In this document: in pieces, positions 48,564 through 56,936 of the stretch
Layout: each line of letters starts with the position of its first letter
Numbering within the stretch: position 1 is the stretch's first letter
Assembly (NCBI GenBank): GCA_964412585.1
Contig: CAYPPJ010000005.1
Span: 1,512-65,511 of the forward strand
Origin: an uncultured Candidatus Saccharibacteria bacterium
GTDB taxonomy: Bacteria > Patescibacteriota > Minisyncoccia > Phycocordibacterales > PALSA-1337
DNA length: 64,000 nucleotides
Direction: 5' to 3'
The notes under the pieces: generated by a model
What the model was told of the DNA's origin: nothing
Database searches by the model: none
What the model saw: the letters and a program-made list of their open reading frames with translations, nothing else
Made by a program: the position numbers and the translations under genes

Positions 48564-49682
48564 CTACTTTACTTCCGTAGAGACTCCGTTAGCAATGCGC
48601 TTGACCGCGTAGTTCGCAGAGGTCATATCGCCATTCTGATCAAACTCGATTGTGCCTGATATACCATCATGCTTAGTCGAACGAATCGCGTCAGCAAGCT
48701 TATCTGCATCAACACTACCTGTTTTCTTGATTGCATCGGCGATAATAGTGAGAGCGTCATATGCTTGAGGGGCACAGATTGGGACTTGTGTACCGCCGGT
48801 CTTGGCTAATACTTTTCGAGAAAAGTCAGGATTATTGCCACCACCAGTTACAATTTCTGTGTAAAGTATGTCTGGATTCAACTTCGAAACGTCAACAATG
48901 AACTTGGTATCGGCCCAACCATCACCTCCCAACATTTTGGTCTTGATACCAAGCTGGAGTGCCTGCTGGACCATGACATATCCCCCTTCTGGATACAGTG
49001 GAGTATACAAATAATCAGGATTCGTCGCTTTTATTTTTGCCAACTGAGTTTTGTATTCACGATTGTCCTGTGCACTTCCCTCTTCGGCAACAATGGTACC
49101 TCCAAGCTCCTTGAAACGGTTACCAAAAACCGTTTTGAGACCATTACCCCAGTCCGTTATGTGATAGATGATAGCAACCTTCCTCGCGCCAAGTACGTTG
49201 TAAGCGTATTCAGCAGCATATTTTCCTTGATATGCATCGGACGGATAATCTCTAAAGAAATACTTCCCTGAACCAGTAAGATTTGGTGCGGATGAACAAT
49301 ACGCAACCACAGGAACCTTTGCATCCATGGCAATTTTTACAAATGCTGCCGTCTCACTCGAACAAAGTCCTCCGACAACAGCGCTGACTTTATCGCTATT
49401 AATCAGCTTCTGAACCGCGTTAGTAGCGGGAACTGGCGAACACCTTCCATCTTCGTAGACCATTTCTATATTTCGACCATTAATGCCACCTGCCGCATTG
49501 ATTTCTTCTGCTGCAACCTCAACAGCTGCTCGACTAGCTTGTCCAAGCGCTGTCACATCCCCTGTCATCGGCCCAATAAACCCAATCTTAATCGGTCCCG
49601 TCTCCCCCTTCTTCCCTCCTGTTGAGGCGAGGATAATGATGATTACGATCACTACAATGAGAACTCCAATTGTTTTTTTCAT
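48564..49682 (-). CDS. LivK-like substrate-binding protein 11
   Basis: GPMTG, EINAAGGING, EDGRC, GGLCS, YFFRDYPSD. Confidence 0.93.
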   Translation of the reverse strand: MKKTIGVLIVVIVIIIILASTGGKKGETGPIKIGFIGPMTGDVTALGQASRAAVEVAAEEINAAGGINGRNIEMVYEDGRCSPVPATNAVQKLINSDKVSAVVGGLCSSETAAFVKIAMDAKVPVVAYCSSAPNLTGSGKYFFRDYPSDAYQGKYAAEYAYNVLGARKVAIIYHITDWGNGLKTVFGNRFKELGGTIVAEEGSAQDNREYKTQLAKIKATNPDYLYTPLYPEGGYVMVQQALQLGIKTKMLGGDGWADTKFIVDVSKLNPDILYTEIVTGGGNNPDFSRKVLAKTGGTQVPICAPQAYDALTIIADAIKKTGSVDADKLADAIRSTKHDGISGTIEFDQNGDMTSANYAVKRIANGVSTEVK

Positions 49683-49698
49683 GATAATAAATTAATAC

Positions 49699-50847
49699 TT
49701 ATTGACCTGTATAAACGGCCTTCTTCCCATCCTTAATAATATAGCTCGTATATCCAACAAGTGTCATGTCACCATTCTGATCGAAATGATAGGTACCAAT
49801 CGTTCCATGGTAATCCGGCATCGCATAGAGATAATCTTTAACCTTCACCGGATCGGTGCCTGCGGTCTTGATAGCATTCAGAAGAATAAATGTTCGGTCA
49901 TAGGCCGCACCAAGTTCGTATTCATTGCCCGGAGATTCTTTGTAACGTGCCTTGTACTCTTCAAGCAAATTCTGGCTGTCACCTGCAATGCCAAGTCCAT
50001 CAGAGAAAATAACTCCTTCGGCATTTTTGCCGGCAATCTTGATCGTCTCCTCATTTCCCATGAAGAAGTTGAAGTAGGCCGGCGCGGTGATACCAAGATC
50101 ACGAGTCTGATTGAGAAGGAGCGCCGCAACAGATGGAGACGTTCCCGCGTTGAAATAGATGGCTTCGGGATTTGTAGCCTTGATTTTGCTCAAGATAGTA
50201 CGGAAATCCTTGGTACTGGCCGCATAAGTCTCGTCAGCAACAATGGTAACGCCTTTGGTTGCAAGAGCGGCCATAAGTGCCTTGCGCATGCCTTCTGAAT
50301 ATTCTGCATTTTCGGTGATGATGGCGATCTTCTTGTATTTGGCGGCCAACACGGCAGAGTCGAGCTTTGCCGCATCTATATCAGAAGGAGAGTTTCGAAA
50401 AATGAAATCACCGGCGTTAGTTATGGATGGCGCACTAGAGAAAGCAGCGAAAAGAATAACGCCAGCCTTTTCAGCGATAGGTGCTGCTCCAAGCGTTTCT
50501 CCACTACAGATGCCACCCATGATGAATTTGACCTGATCAATAGCGATGAGTTTTTGCGCGGCACTGGCGGCATCCTTGCCGGAACACTTGCCGTCTTCGT
50601 AAACGATATCAATCTGGCGGTCTTTAAATGCAGGATCTTGTTTTATTTTTTCCAACGCGAGTTCAATAGCACGCTTTTCGGTCGTACCGTATATTGCAGC
50701 ATCGCCAGTCAGAGGGCCAATAAACCCAATCTTGATCGGCTCATTTGACGCCGGTTTTGAATCTTTGGTCCCCTTCGAGGCAGAAATCCCCCAAATGATG
50801 AGGATTATCACGATCAGTCCGATGACTATTTTTGCAGTTTTGGACAT
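49699..50847 (-). CDS. LivK-like substrate-binding protein 12
   Basis: GPLTGDAA.YG, EDGKC, GGICS, FIFRNSPSD. Confidence 0.93.
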   Translation of the reverse strand: MSKTAKIVIGLIVIILIIWGISASKGTKDSKPASNEPIKIGFIGPLTGDAAIYGTTEKRAIELALEKIKQDPAFKDRQIDIVYEDGKCSGKDAASAAQKLIAIDQVKFIMGGICSGETLGAAPIAEKAGVILFAAFSSAPSITNAGDFIFRNSPSDIDAAKLDSAVLAAKYKKIAIITENAEYSEGMRKALMAALATKGVTIVADETYAASTKDFRTILSKIKATNPEAIYFNAGTSPSVAALLLNQTRDLGITAPAYFNFFMGNEETIKIAGKNAEGVIFSDGLGIAGDSQNLLEEYKARYKESPGNEYELGAAYDRTFILLNAIKTAGTDPVKVKDYLYAMPDYHGTIGTYHFDQNGDMTLVGYTSYIIKDGKKAVYTGQ

Positions 50848-50968
50848 GTAATTAAAAGGAAATGAATAAAGAGTATATGTACTTATCAAAGAATATCACA
50901 TGGGGTATCTAGCGCAATGGTACATAGAATCTGATGAAAGGAACGACAATTACACAACAAATGATAAT

Positions 50969-51048
50969 CTTCAGCGAATCTTTATCACTTCTTCACCCAG
51001 TAGGTGAATGTGCTCATTCAGCATTTCTTCAGTTCTATTTGATAGAGT
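50969..51048 (+). promoter_or_regulatory. 11-bp-periodic box promoter with extended -10, interrupted by the 25-nt element
   Basis: CTTCAGC 50969, CTTTATC 50980, CTTCA[25 nt]GC, CTTCAGT 51027, TG-A-TAGAGT 51040-48. Confidence 0.7.
50996..51020 (-). repeat. 25-nt element, inverted copy of 36502-36526
   Basis: + strand CCCAGTAGGTGAATGTGCTCATTCA. Confidence 0.85.
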
Positions 51049-51076
51049 CACCACCACAACGACTGTTTTTCCCTGC

Positions 51077-51146
51077 GGGGGTGCCAAGGTTGGAAGTTCC
51101 GCCTCGACAGTTGGAGCTTGGGAGTTCGATTCTCCTCACCTCCACA
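51077..51146 (+). ncRNA. tRNA-Ala/tmRNA-like RNA, copy 2
   Basis: Acceptor GGGGGTG/CACCTCC (G3-U70) + A; AAGTTCCG/TGGAGCTT stem with loop CCTCGACAGT; T-arm GGGAG-TTCGATT-CTCCT. Confidence 0.78.
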
Positions 51147-51176
51147 GGAAAAAGCGGTTGTTAAATCGATAAACTA

Positions 51177-51204
51177 TTGACAAATGTGCTCAAAGGTATA
51201 TACT
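51177..51204 (+). promoter_or_regulatory. sigma70 promoter of complementary sRNA 2
   Basis: TTGACA-16-TATACT. Confidence 0.8.
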
Positions 51205-51210
51205 TACCTC

Positions 51211-51282
51211 ACTGTCGAGGGGGAGGTTTCCAAACCTAAGTAAGCTCCACAAAAATCCGCACTCACTGAGGGCGGATTTTTG
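51211..51282 (+). ncRNA. Small RNA complementary to tRNA-like RNA 2
   Basis: Starts 7 nt after the -10. ACTGTCGAGG complements 51102-51111 and AAGCTCCA complements 51112-51119. Terminator CAAAAATCCGC/GCGGATTTTTG. Confidence 0.75.
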
Positions 51283-51346
51283 ATTATATACAAATAAAAG
51301 CGCGCAGAGAGTTTCCTCTCCGCGCGCATCGAACCCAATCTTCGAA

Positions 51347-52360
51347 CTACTCCTCGCGAGCCTTGTTGATAACCCGGCTCAAGACCGCGGCGAGTTCCGG
51401 CGGCATGTCCTTGGGCAAACGGTTAGTACCGAGTGAAATATCAACCACCATCACGCCGTCAAGGTTGTGGACCTTAATCCCTTCGTCGTCCGGTTCGGCC
51501 GGCAGAGATACGACCTGCCAATCCTTGCGGAGACCGATACCGTCATGATCGTGCCCACCCTTCAATGAATCGCGGATGGCTGTCCACACAACGGACTCGA
51601 GGGCTTCAATCGCTTTGTGGTACCGTTTGCCGAGAGCGACCACCGCCTCGGCTTCGTCCAGCGTGTGGCTACCCAGCCACTCCCGAATCGAGTCGTTGTT
51701 GTCCGGATCAAGGTCCGCGGGTTTCCTACCATTCATTTCGTCAACCAGGAGACCCCGGAGTTTCCACACCGAGCGAATACGCTGGTCTTCGACGGTGCCG
51801 AGAACGGTCTCGCCCTCGCCGACGGCATCATCTGGAGCATGGGCGTCTTGGGCTTCGGCCGAGCCGCGCATGATGGCTTCCAACCGGCCTGACAGCGTCT
51901 TGATGATCGAGTCTGACGGATCAGGCGCAACAACGTCCTCCCAATCCTCACCGAACTTCGACGCGAGGATCATGTCTTTGCGAAGAGTCACATGGGAGGT
52001 CGCGACGGCCGGGTGTTCCTCGGTGACCACGAGCCAAAACAGTTTTTGGAGCACGTCGAAACGGTCTTTGAAGACCTCCATCTGGCTGGCGTAAGCGGCG
52101 CAATCAAGCGGCGTGTGTTCACACTTGGCAGCATCCTCATGAGCCGACTTGTGCTTCCCGGTGATGGCAATTGCCTCATCCCTAAGGATGTTAAAGGCCG
52201 CGTACAAGCGCGCCCCCAAAGGTGAGCCGACCTTGGCCCGAGCGATTTCGTCCGGTTTCACCTCTTTTTGGGGCTGACGATCCTGCGAAAATTTTCCGCA
52301 GAAAACCTCGTTCAGAATCCCAAGGAGGTCCAACTCTGCAATCTGACTTGGTGTCTTCAT
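51347..52360 (-). CDS. Hypothetical protein with an internal domain duplication
   Basis: Two repeats ending LFW...TLRKDMILAS and VVW...GIGLRKDWQVVS; start uncertain. Confidence 0.7.
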   Translation of the reverse strand: MKTPSQIAELDLLGILNEVFCGKFSQDRQPQKEVKPDEIARAKVGSPLGARLYAAFNILRDEAIAITGKHKSAHEDAAKCEHTPLDCAAYASQMEVFKDRFDVLQKLFWLVVTEEHPAVATSHVTLRKDMILASKFGEDWEDVVAPDPSDSIIKTLSGRLEAIMRGSAEAQDAHAPDDAVGEGETVLGTVEDQRIRSVWKLRGLLVDEMNGRKPADLDPDNNDSIREWLGSHTLDEAEAVVALGKRYHKAIEALESVVWTAIRDSLKGGHDHDGIGLRKDWQVVSLPAEPDDEGIKVHNLDGVMVVDISLGTNRLPKDMPPELAAVLSRVINKAREE

Positions 52361-52501
52361 AGTTTTCAATACCGCGTTTGGTTTCATTTTCCCCAAAACC
52401 TCGTTGTTTTCAGGGTACAAGACAAAATACTAATACAAATATTAAAAATGTCAATACCCGCTCCATAAAGCGGGTATAGGGGTCATTTTGAATAAAATCT
52501 C

Positions 52502-52888
52502 TTACTTCCCCTTCCTTTGATGTATCAGCACGCAATTCTTATCAGGATCAAAGACCACCGCCATCTTGCAGCTCGGAAAATCCTGTGGTTCAACCTTGAA
52601 CGCAACCTTCGCATCCTTGAGTTTCTTCATGACCGCATCAAAATCAATAGCTTCGAGGGCAACAACTGCCCCATCTGATGAAGGTTTCCAATCTGGCGAA
52701 CAACCGATAGACAAGGTTCCTGGACCGATATTGTACTCAATCCACATCGAGTCCTCTTTGGCAGGATAATCATCATTCGGCACCAACCCAAGAACACCCT
52801 CGTAAAACGCACGGGACTTTTTGATATCAGTTACCGCATAAATCGAGAACGCAATCTCTTTGAACAACGGGGATGTAGACATGGGCAA
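52502..52888 (-). CDS. VOC/glyoxalase family protein
   Basis: VTDIKKSRAFYEGVLGL, FDPDKN. Confidence 0.88.
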   Translation of the reverse strand: MPMSTSPLFKEIAFSIYAVTDIKKSRAFYEGVLGLVPNDDYPAKEDSMWIEYNIGPGTLSIGCSPDWKPSSDGAVVALEAIDFDAVMKKLKDAKVAFKVEPQDFPSCKMAVVFDPDKNCVLIHQRKGK

Positions 52889-52912
52889 TGCTATTAGAAG
52901 TAGGGTGTCATT

Positions 52913-54994
52913 TTACCTTGCGTGCAAGATACTCTGCAAGATGGTACCACTCACCCTGACGACTTTTTCCTTTTCAGTAAAGTTACCAGCCTTGTCATAG
53001 ACACGCAGACGCATTGGAATAGTACCGATATCAACAAATGGCACATACGTCTGACGCCCCACTGGCAAGAATGTACCATTATCAATATCAATATACATAG
53101 TGTTTTGCAGACCACTCATTTTATCTTGGGCAGAAAACTCAAAGCGAACCACATCACCCATCTTGGCGGCATCTTGGCTGGCACGAATCGATACGTCCAT
53201 TGGAGGCGTAGTATCGATCATCACCTTGTAATGACGTGTAGGCCCAACACGATCACCTGAAATAGCAGCCACATGGAAGTAAAATATCCCATCAGAAGGA
53301 GCGGTTATTGTAACTTTGGGATTCGCGACTCGAATACCTGTACGAGGAATGGTACTGGTCGCTTCATCAAACGCATATATATACCCATCACCAGCAATAG
53401 GCATCCAGACAAACTCAATATTCGGCACATTATACCAACGACTGGTATTTGAGTGAGTTGGTGAAAACACGATCGGGGTCCCATCTTGAACAATTTCTGT
53501 TCCTGCGCTCACTCGAGCTACCGTATCTTTTATCGGAGGGACGACAGTGTAACTTCCATTTCGGGTCTGCCTCAACACATTGGTACCGAGACCGTCATTG
53601 GCAAGCACCTGTGTTGTATCACTAAATTCCAAGCCAAACTGCCCCGCCACAAGTGGGTGTGCCACAATATCAGCGAGATTCCCTTGAGAACCAGAAAAAC
53701 CAGGTGAGGTAACAATACATGAAATACGAATTTCTTTATTGGCAATATCGATTGTTTTTTCAAGTATATTCGAGCATATTGAATGCTCGATATCGATATC
53801 CTCAATACGCACTACGGAAGGATTAAAACTAATATGCACACTGACGGCATTAATCGATTCATCACCCGTATCAACCAATATTGATATTGGGCGGTCAAAG
53901 TCTCTATCGAAAACTCCGGCATCAGGCTGAAGACGTAAGGTCGAATTGTACAATATATATGGTATTCGCTTTAATGAAACATACTTAACAAATACGGCAT
54001 GATTCACCGTGTAGATAAAAACAATAAGGAGCAGAAAAGCACTTATAGATGACCAGTAGTAATAGCGATTGCGCTGTTCCTTGCGTGTTGCGCGATGAGC
54101 ATGATATGCGAGTAGCAAAAAAAGTATGACGGTAACGAAGACAATAAACGCCCTGATACCCCATCCATATCCATAGTATGGAACAAACACAAGTACACCC
54201 CCTGGACTATGCTCAAGTCCAGGAAAAACTATATTTTCAACACGATAATAGATACCGGAATCAAACTTGATAATATCACCTGTTTTACCCCGTTTGATCC
54301 AATCCGAATCTACATTGAAGTATGAATTAAGCACTGAGTGTTCGATCTCGTTATGAAAACTCATACCATACAGACCAAACTCCTTTGTATAAAAAGCCAC
54401 ATGAACTCCATCAAACAGATGCAAGACCTTGAACCGTGCCGAGTACGAATCATCGAGTAAATAATTTGCAAAAAGTGCGCCAATAGTCGAAGTGCCAATT
54501 ATGATGGGCCGCCCAGTGGTCATCAACACTTGCTTCGGATCAAAACTACTCACTTCGATTGAGGCCGGACGCTTTCCCTCAGCTACCGCCCTTCCTTGAG
54601 GACTTACCAAAAAAGCATTCTCCCCTCGATTGGCTGTTGAAAGCGTGCGAGAAATAATTACGCCTTCTTTATTTGCCACACCCATCAACCCAATCTCACG
54701 TCGTTCACGTTCTTCCGCAAGAACAGGCAGAATCTTATCAGGTGCTTCCTCAAGAAGATACTGCTTCACTAATATGTTTTCAGCCACCGCATCACCCTGA
54801 ATTCGTAGGTGCTCGAGATCTGCGGTGAGTCCATCCTGTACCGAACGTAATGCAAGCGTTTTCTCATGCTGGCCATACAGGTTGGTCAAGCCGACCGCGA
54901 TCCCCATCAGAACAAGAAAAACGAGGGCACTTATAACAAAGGCACATCGAAGTGAGGCGAAACGCATACCCAAAAAACGGTGTCGAGCAGCCAT
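52913..54994 (-). CDS. Membrane protein with Cache-like region, TM pair, cohesin-like and Ig-like domains
   Basis: TM, NKEGVIISRT...AVAEG (Cache-like), 2 TM, VDTGDESINAV...VLANDGLGTNVL (cohesin-like), IDTTPP...YDKAGN (Ig-like). Confidence 0.65.
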   Translation of the reverse strand: MAARHRFLGMRFASLRCAFVISALVFLVLMGIAVGLTNLYGQHEKTLALRSVQDGLTADLEHLRIQGDAVAENILVKQYLLEEAPDKILPVLAEERERREIGLMGVANKEGVIISRTLSTANRGENAFLVSPQGRAVAEGKRPASIEVSSFDPKQVLMTTGRPIIIGTSTIGALFANYLLDDSYSARFKVLHLFDGVHVAFYTKEFGLYGMSFHNEIEHSVLNSYFNVDSDWIKRGKTGDIIKFDSGIYYRVENIVFPGLEHSPGGVLVFVPYYGYGWGIRAFIVFVTVILFLLLAYHAHRATRKEQRNRYYYWSSISAFLLLIVFIYTVNHAVFVKYVSLKRIPYILYNSTLRLQPDAGVFDRDFDRPISILVDTGDESINAVSVHISFNPSVVRIEDIDIEHSICSNILEKTIDIANKEIRISCIVTSPGFSGSQGNLADIVAHPLVAGQFGLEFSDTTQVLANDGLGTNVLRQTRNGSYTVVPPIKDTVARVSAGTEIVQDGTPIVFSPTHSNTSRWYNVPNIEFVWMPIAGDGYIYAFDEATSTIPRTGIRVANPKVTITAPSDGIFYFHVAAISGDRVGPTRHYKVMIDTTPPMDVSIRASQDAAKMGDVVRFEFSAQDKMSGLQNTMYIDIDNGTFLPVGRQTYVPFVDIGTIPMRLRVYDKAGNFTEKEKVVRVSGTILQSILHAR

Positions 54995-55060
54995 GAGAAT
55001 ACACTTATTGTATCATTACTGTGCAATCGGGTCTTGACTGTGTTGTGAATATCTAACGTG

Positions 55061-55131
55061 CTGCGGGACTTGGATTCGAACCAAGATACTAGGCTTCAAA
55101 GGCCCATGTCCTACCATTAGACGATCCCGCA
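55061..55131 (-). tRNA. tRNA-Gln(UUG)
   Basis: TGCGGGA/TCCCGCA acceptor, anticodon loop CT-TTG-AA, GGTTCGAATCC. Confidence 0.95.
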
Positions 55132-55206
55132 ATGGTATGGACAGAATAGCGCAGATACGGCCTAAAATCAAAATAAGCAGGCCGCCTTAACTCCTTTTCA
55201 TGACAG

Positions 55207-56223
55207 TTACGCGCAAATCTTCACTGTAGCCAATTCCAAAGGTAACGCACTGATATGTGCGCGACTCACCCCATCCGTAGCTTCAAGTAAGGCAACGAGT
55301 ATCGCTGGTGTTACCGCTTTCTTCCCTGCGAGAGATTCGATACATGCCCAATCATCATCTGACACGCGCTCCTTGATAGAAGATTTCGAAGATGCAGAAT
55401 GTTGGAGCAATAAAATAAAACGGGCTTTTTCAAGGATGAGTGTTGCGAATGTTGCCATTGAGATACCAGCTTGGTCTGTCTCTGAAATGATCTTGAGTGC
55501 CGCATCAGCATTTTTTGTAGCCAATGCTTCGATAAAAGAATTGACCAGTGAAGCTCGCGGTGCGCCCGTGATGGCCTCGACTTCGGTACGAGTTAATTTT
55601 TTATCAGCAGATGATGAAATAACTTTTTCAAGAGTTCCAAGAGCATCGCGGAATGAGCCATCACCGAGGAGCGCAATCAGGTCTGAAGCTCCTGCATCTA
55701 GATCGTACCCTTCTTTCTTGGCAATAGGTCCGATCAACTTGCGGATCTGATCACGTGACGGTGTACGGAATGAAAAGGTCTGACAGCGAGAAATAATAGT
55801 ATCGGGAACTTTATCAAGCTCAGTGGTCGCAAGAATGAAAATGACGTGCTTGGGCGGCTCTTCAAGCGTCTTCAACAGCGCATTCCAGGCATCCTTTGAA
55901 AGCATGTGGACCTCGTCGATAATATAGACTTTGAAGGCGCTTGAAAACGGAAGGACAGACACATGTTCGCGCAGTTCACGAATATCATCAATACCACGAT
56001 TTGAGGCCGCATCTATTTCATAAATATCTTCGTCAGCAGTTTTGAGTGCTTTAGCAAGAATACGAGCCGTCGTCGTCTTGCCAGTGCCGCGAGTACCAGA
56101 AAAAAGATATGCGTGGGATGGACGGCTATTCTCAACACTCTCTTTGAGCGCAGTGACAATCTGGTCCTGTCCGATGACTTCAGACCATTTCGATGGACGA
56201 TATGTGCGATAGAGGACGGGCAT
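55207..56223 (-). CDS. dnaX: DNA polymerase III subunit gamma/tau
   Basis: LYRTYRP, GTRGTGKT, EIDAASNRG, DEVHML, LLKTLEEPP, SRC. Confidence 0.96.
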   Translation of the reverse strand: MPVLYRTYRPSKWSEVIGQDQIVTALKESVENSRPSHAYLFSGTRGTGKTTTARILAKALKTADEDIYEIDAASNRGIDDIRELREHVSVLPFSSAFKVYIIDEVHMLSKDAWNALLKTLEEPPKHVIFILATTELDKVPDTIISRCQTFSFRTPSRDQIRKLIGPIAKKEGYDLDAGASDLIALLGDGSFRDALGTLEKVISSSADKKLTRTEVEAITGAPRASLVNSFIEALATKNADAALKIISETDQAGISMATFATLILEKARFILLLQHSASSKSSIKERVSDDDWACIESLAGKKAVTPAILVALLEATDGVSRAHISALPLELATVKICA

Positions 56224-56350
56224 ATGAGTAGTATAAAGGAAAGAAGGAAAAAAGGAAGAAGGAAAAATGAGGTAAAAAAATACGCCGCTCTACCAATCCC
56301 CCCGGGGGGACGAGTAGAACGGCGTGCGAGCGCAAAGCTTGAGTTTTCTT

Positions 56351-56770
56351 TCAGGAGCTGCCGAGCTGGGCAGCGCCGGTGGTCGTAAACGCAACTTCGT
56401 CGGCCGCGACGGCAATCTTGTAGGCTAGCTGATCGGTGATGACACCGGGCTCAGCGGAGCTCAAGTTCGCAGTTGTCGGCGCAAAGGCGGCATTCTTCTG
56501 GATTTGAACGGCGGCGAAAGTATTCGCTGCCACACGTTCGGTGTCCACGAGCGCCGGGTCTTCTTTGATCGCGAGCAGTGCGACGTCGAGTTGGCCAATC
56601 TGGCCGGCTTCAGCAACTGAGGCGTCCGTGACCACCAAGGAGTATGTCACATCAGCCTCCTTCCCAATAGTGACGCCAGTATTCGTTGCCTTTTGCATCT
56701 TCGCGCTGATGGTCATCGCACTGATCGCGGCGATTGCCATTATTGCCAGGAACTTCGGATTCCATTTCAT
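56351..56770 (-). CDS. Secreted Ala/Thr-rich hypothetical protein
   Basis: Signal-like MKWNPKFLAIMAIAAISA. Confidence 0.6.
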   Translation of the reverse strand: MKWNPKFLAIMAIAAISAMTISAKMQKATNTGVTIGKEADVTYSLVVTDASVAEAGQIGQLDVALLAIKEDPALVDTERVAANTFAAVQIQKNAAFAPTTANLSSAEPGVITDQLAYKIAVAADEVAFTTTGAAQLGSS

Positions 56771-56936
56771 AGGCGGTTTCCAGAAAGACAAACAGTCTTT
56801 GGTTGTCTGTTGCCCTTCCGTCAAGGAATAAATTCCCATCCGGTACGTCTTCCAATACTTAAAGAACTGTCTGTCACCTTTCTACATGCAAAAGTGTACG
56901 ACTAAATAATGGCGCTGGCAAGATATTTATCCCCAG

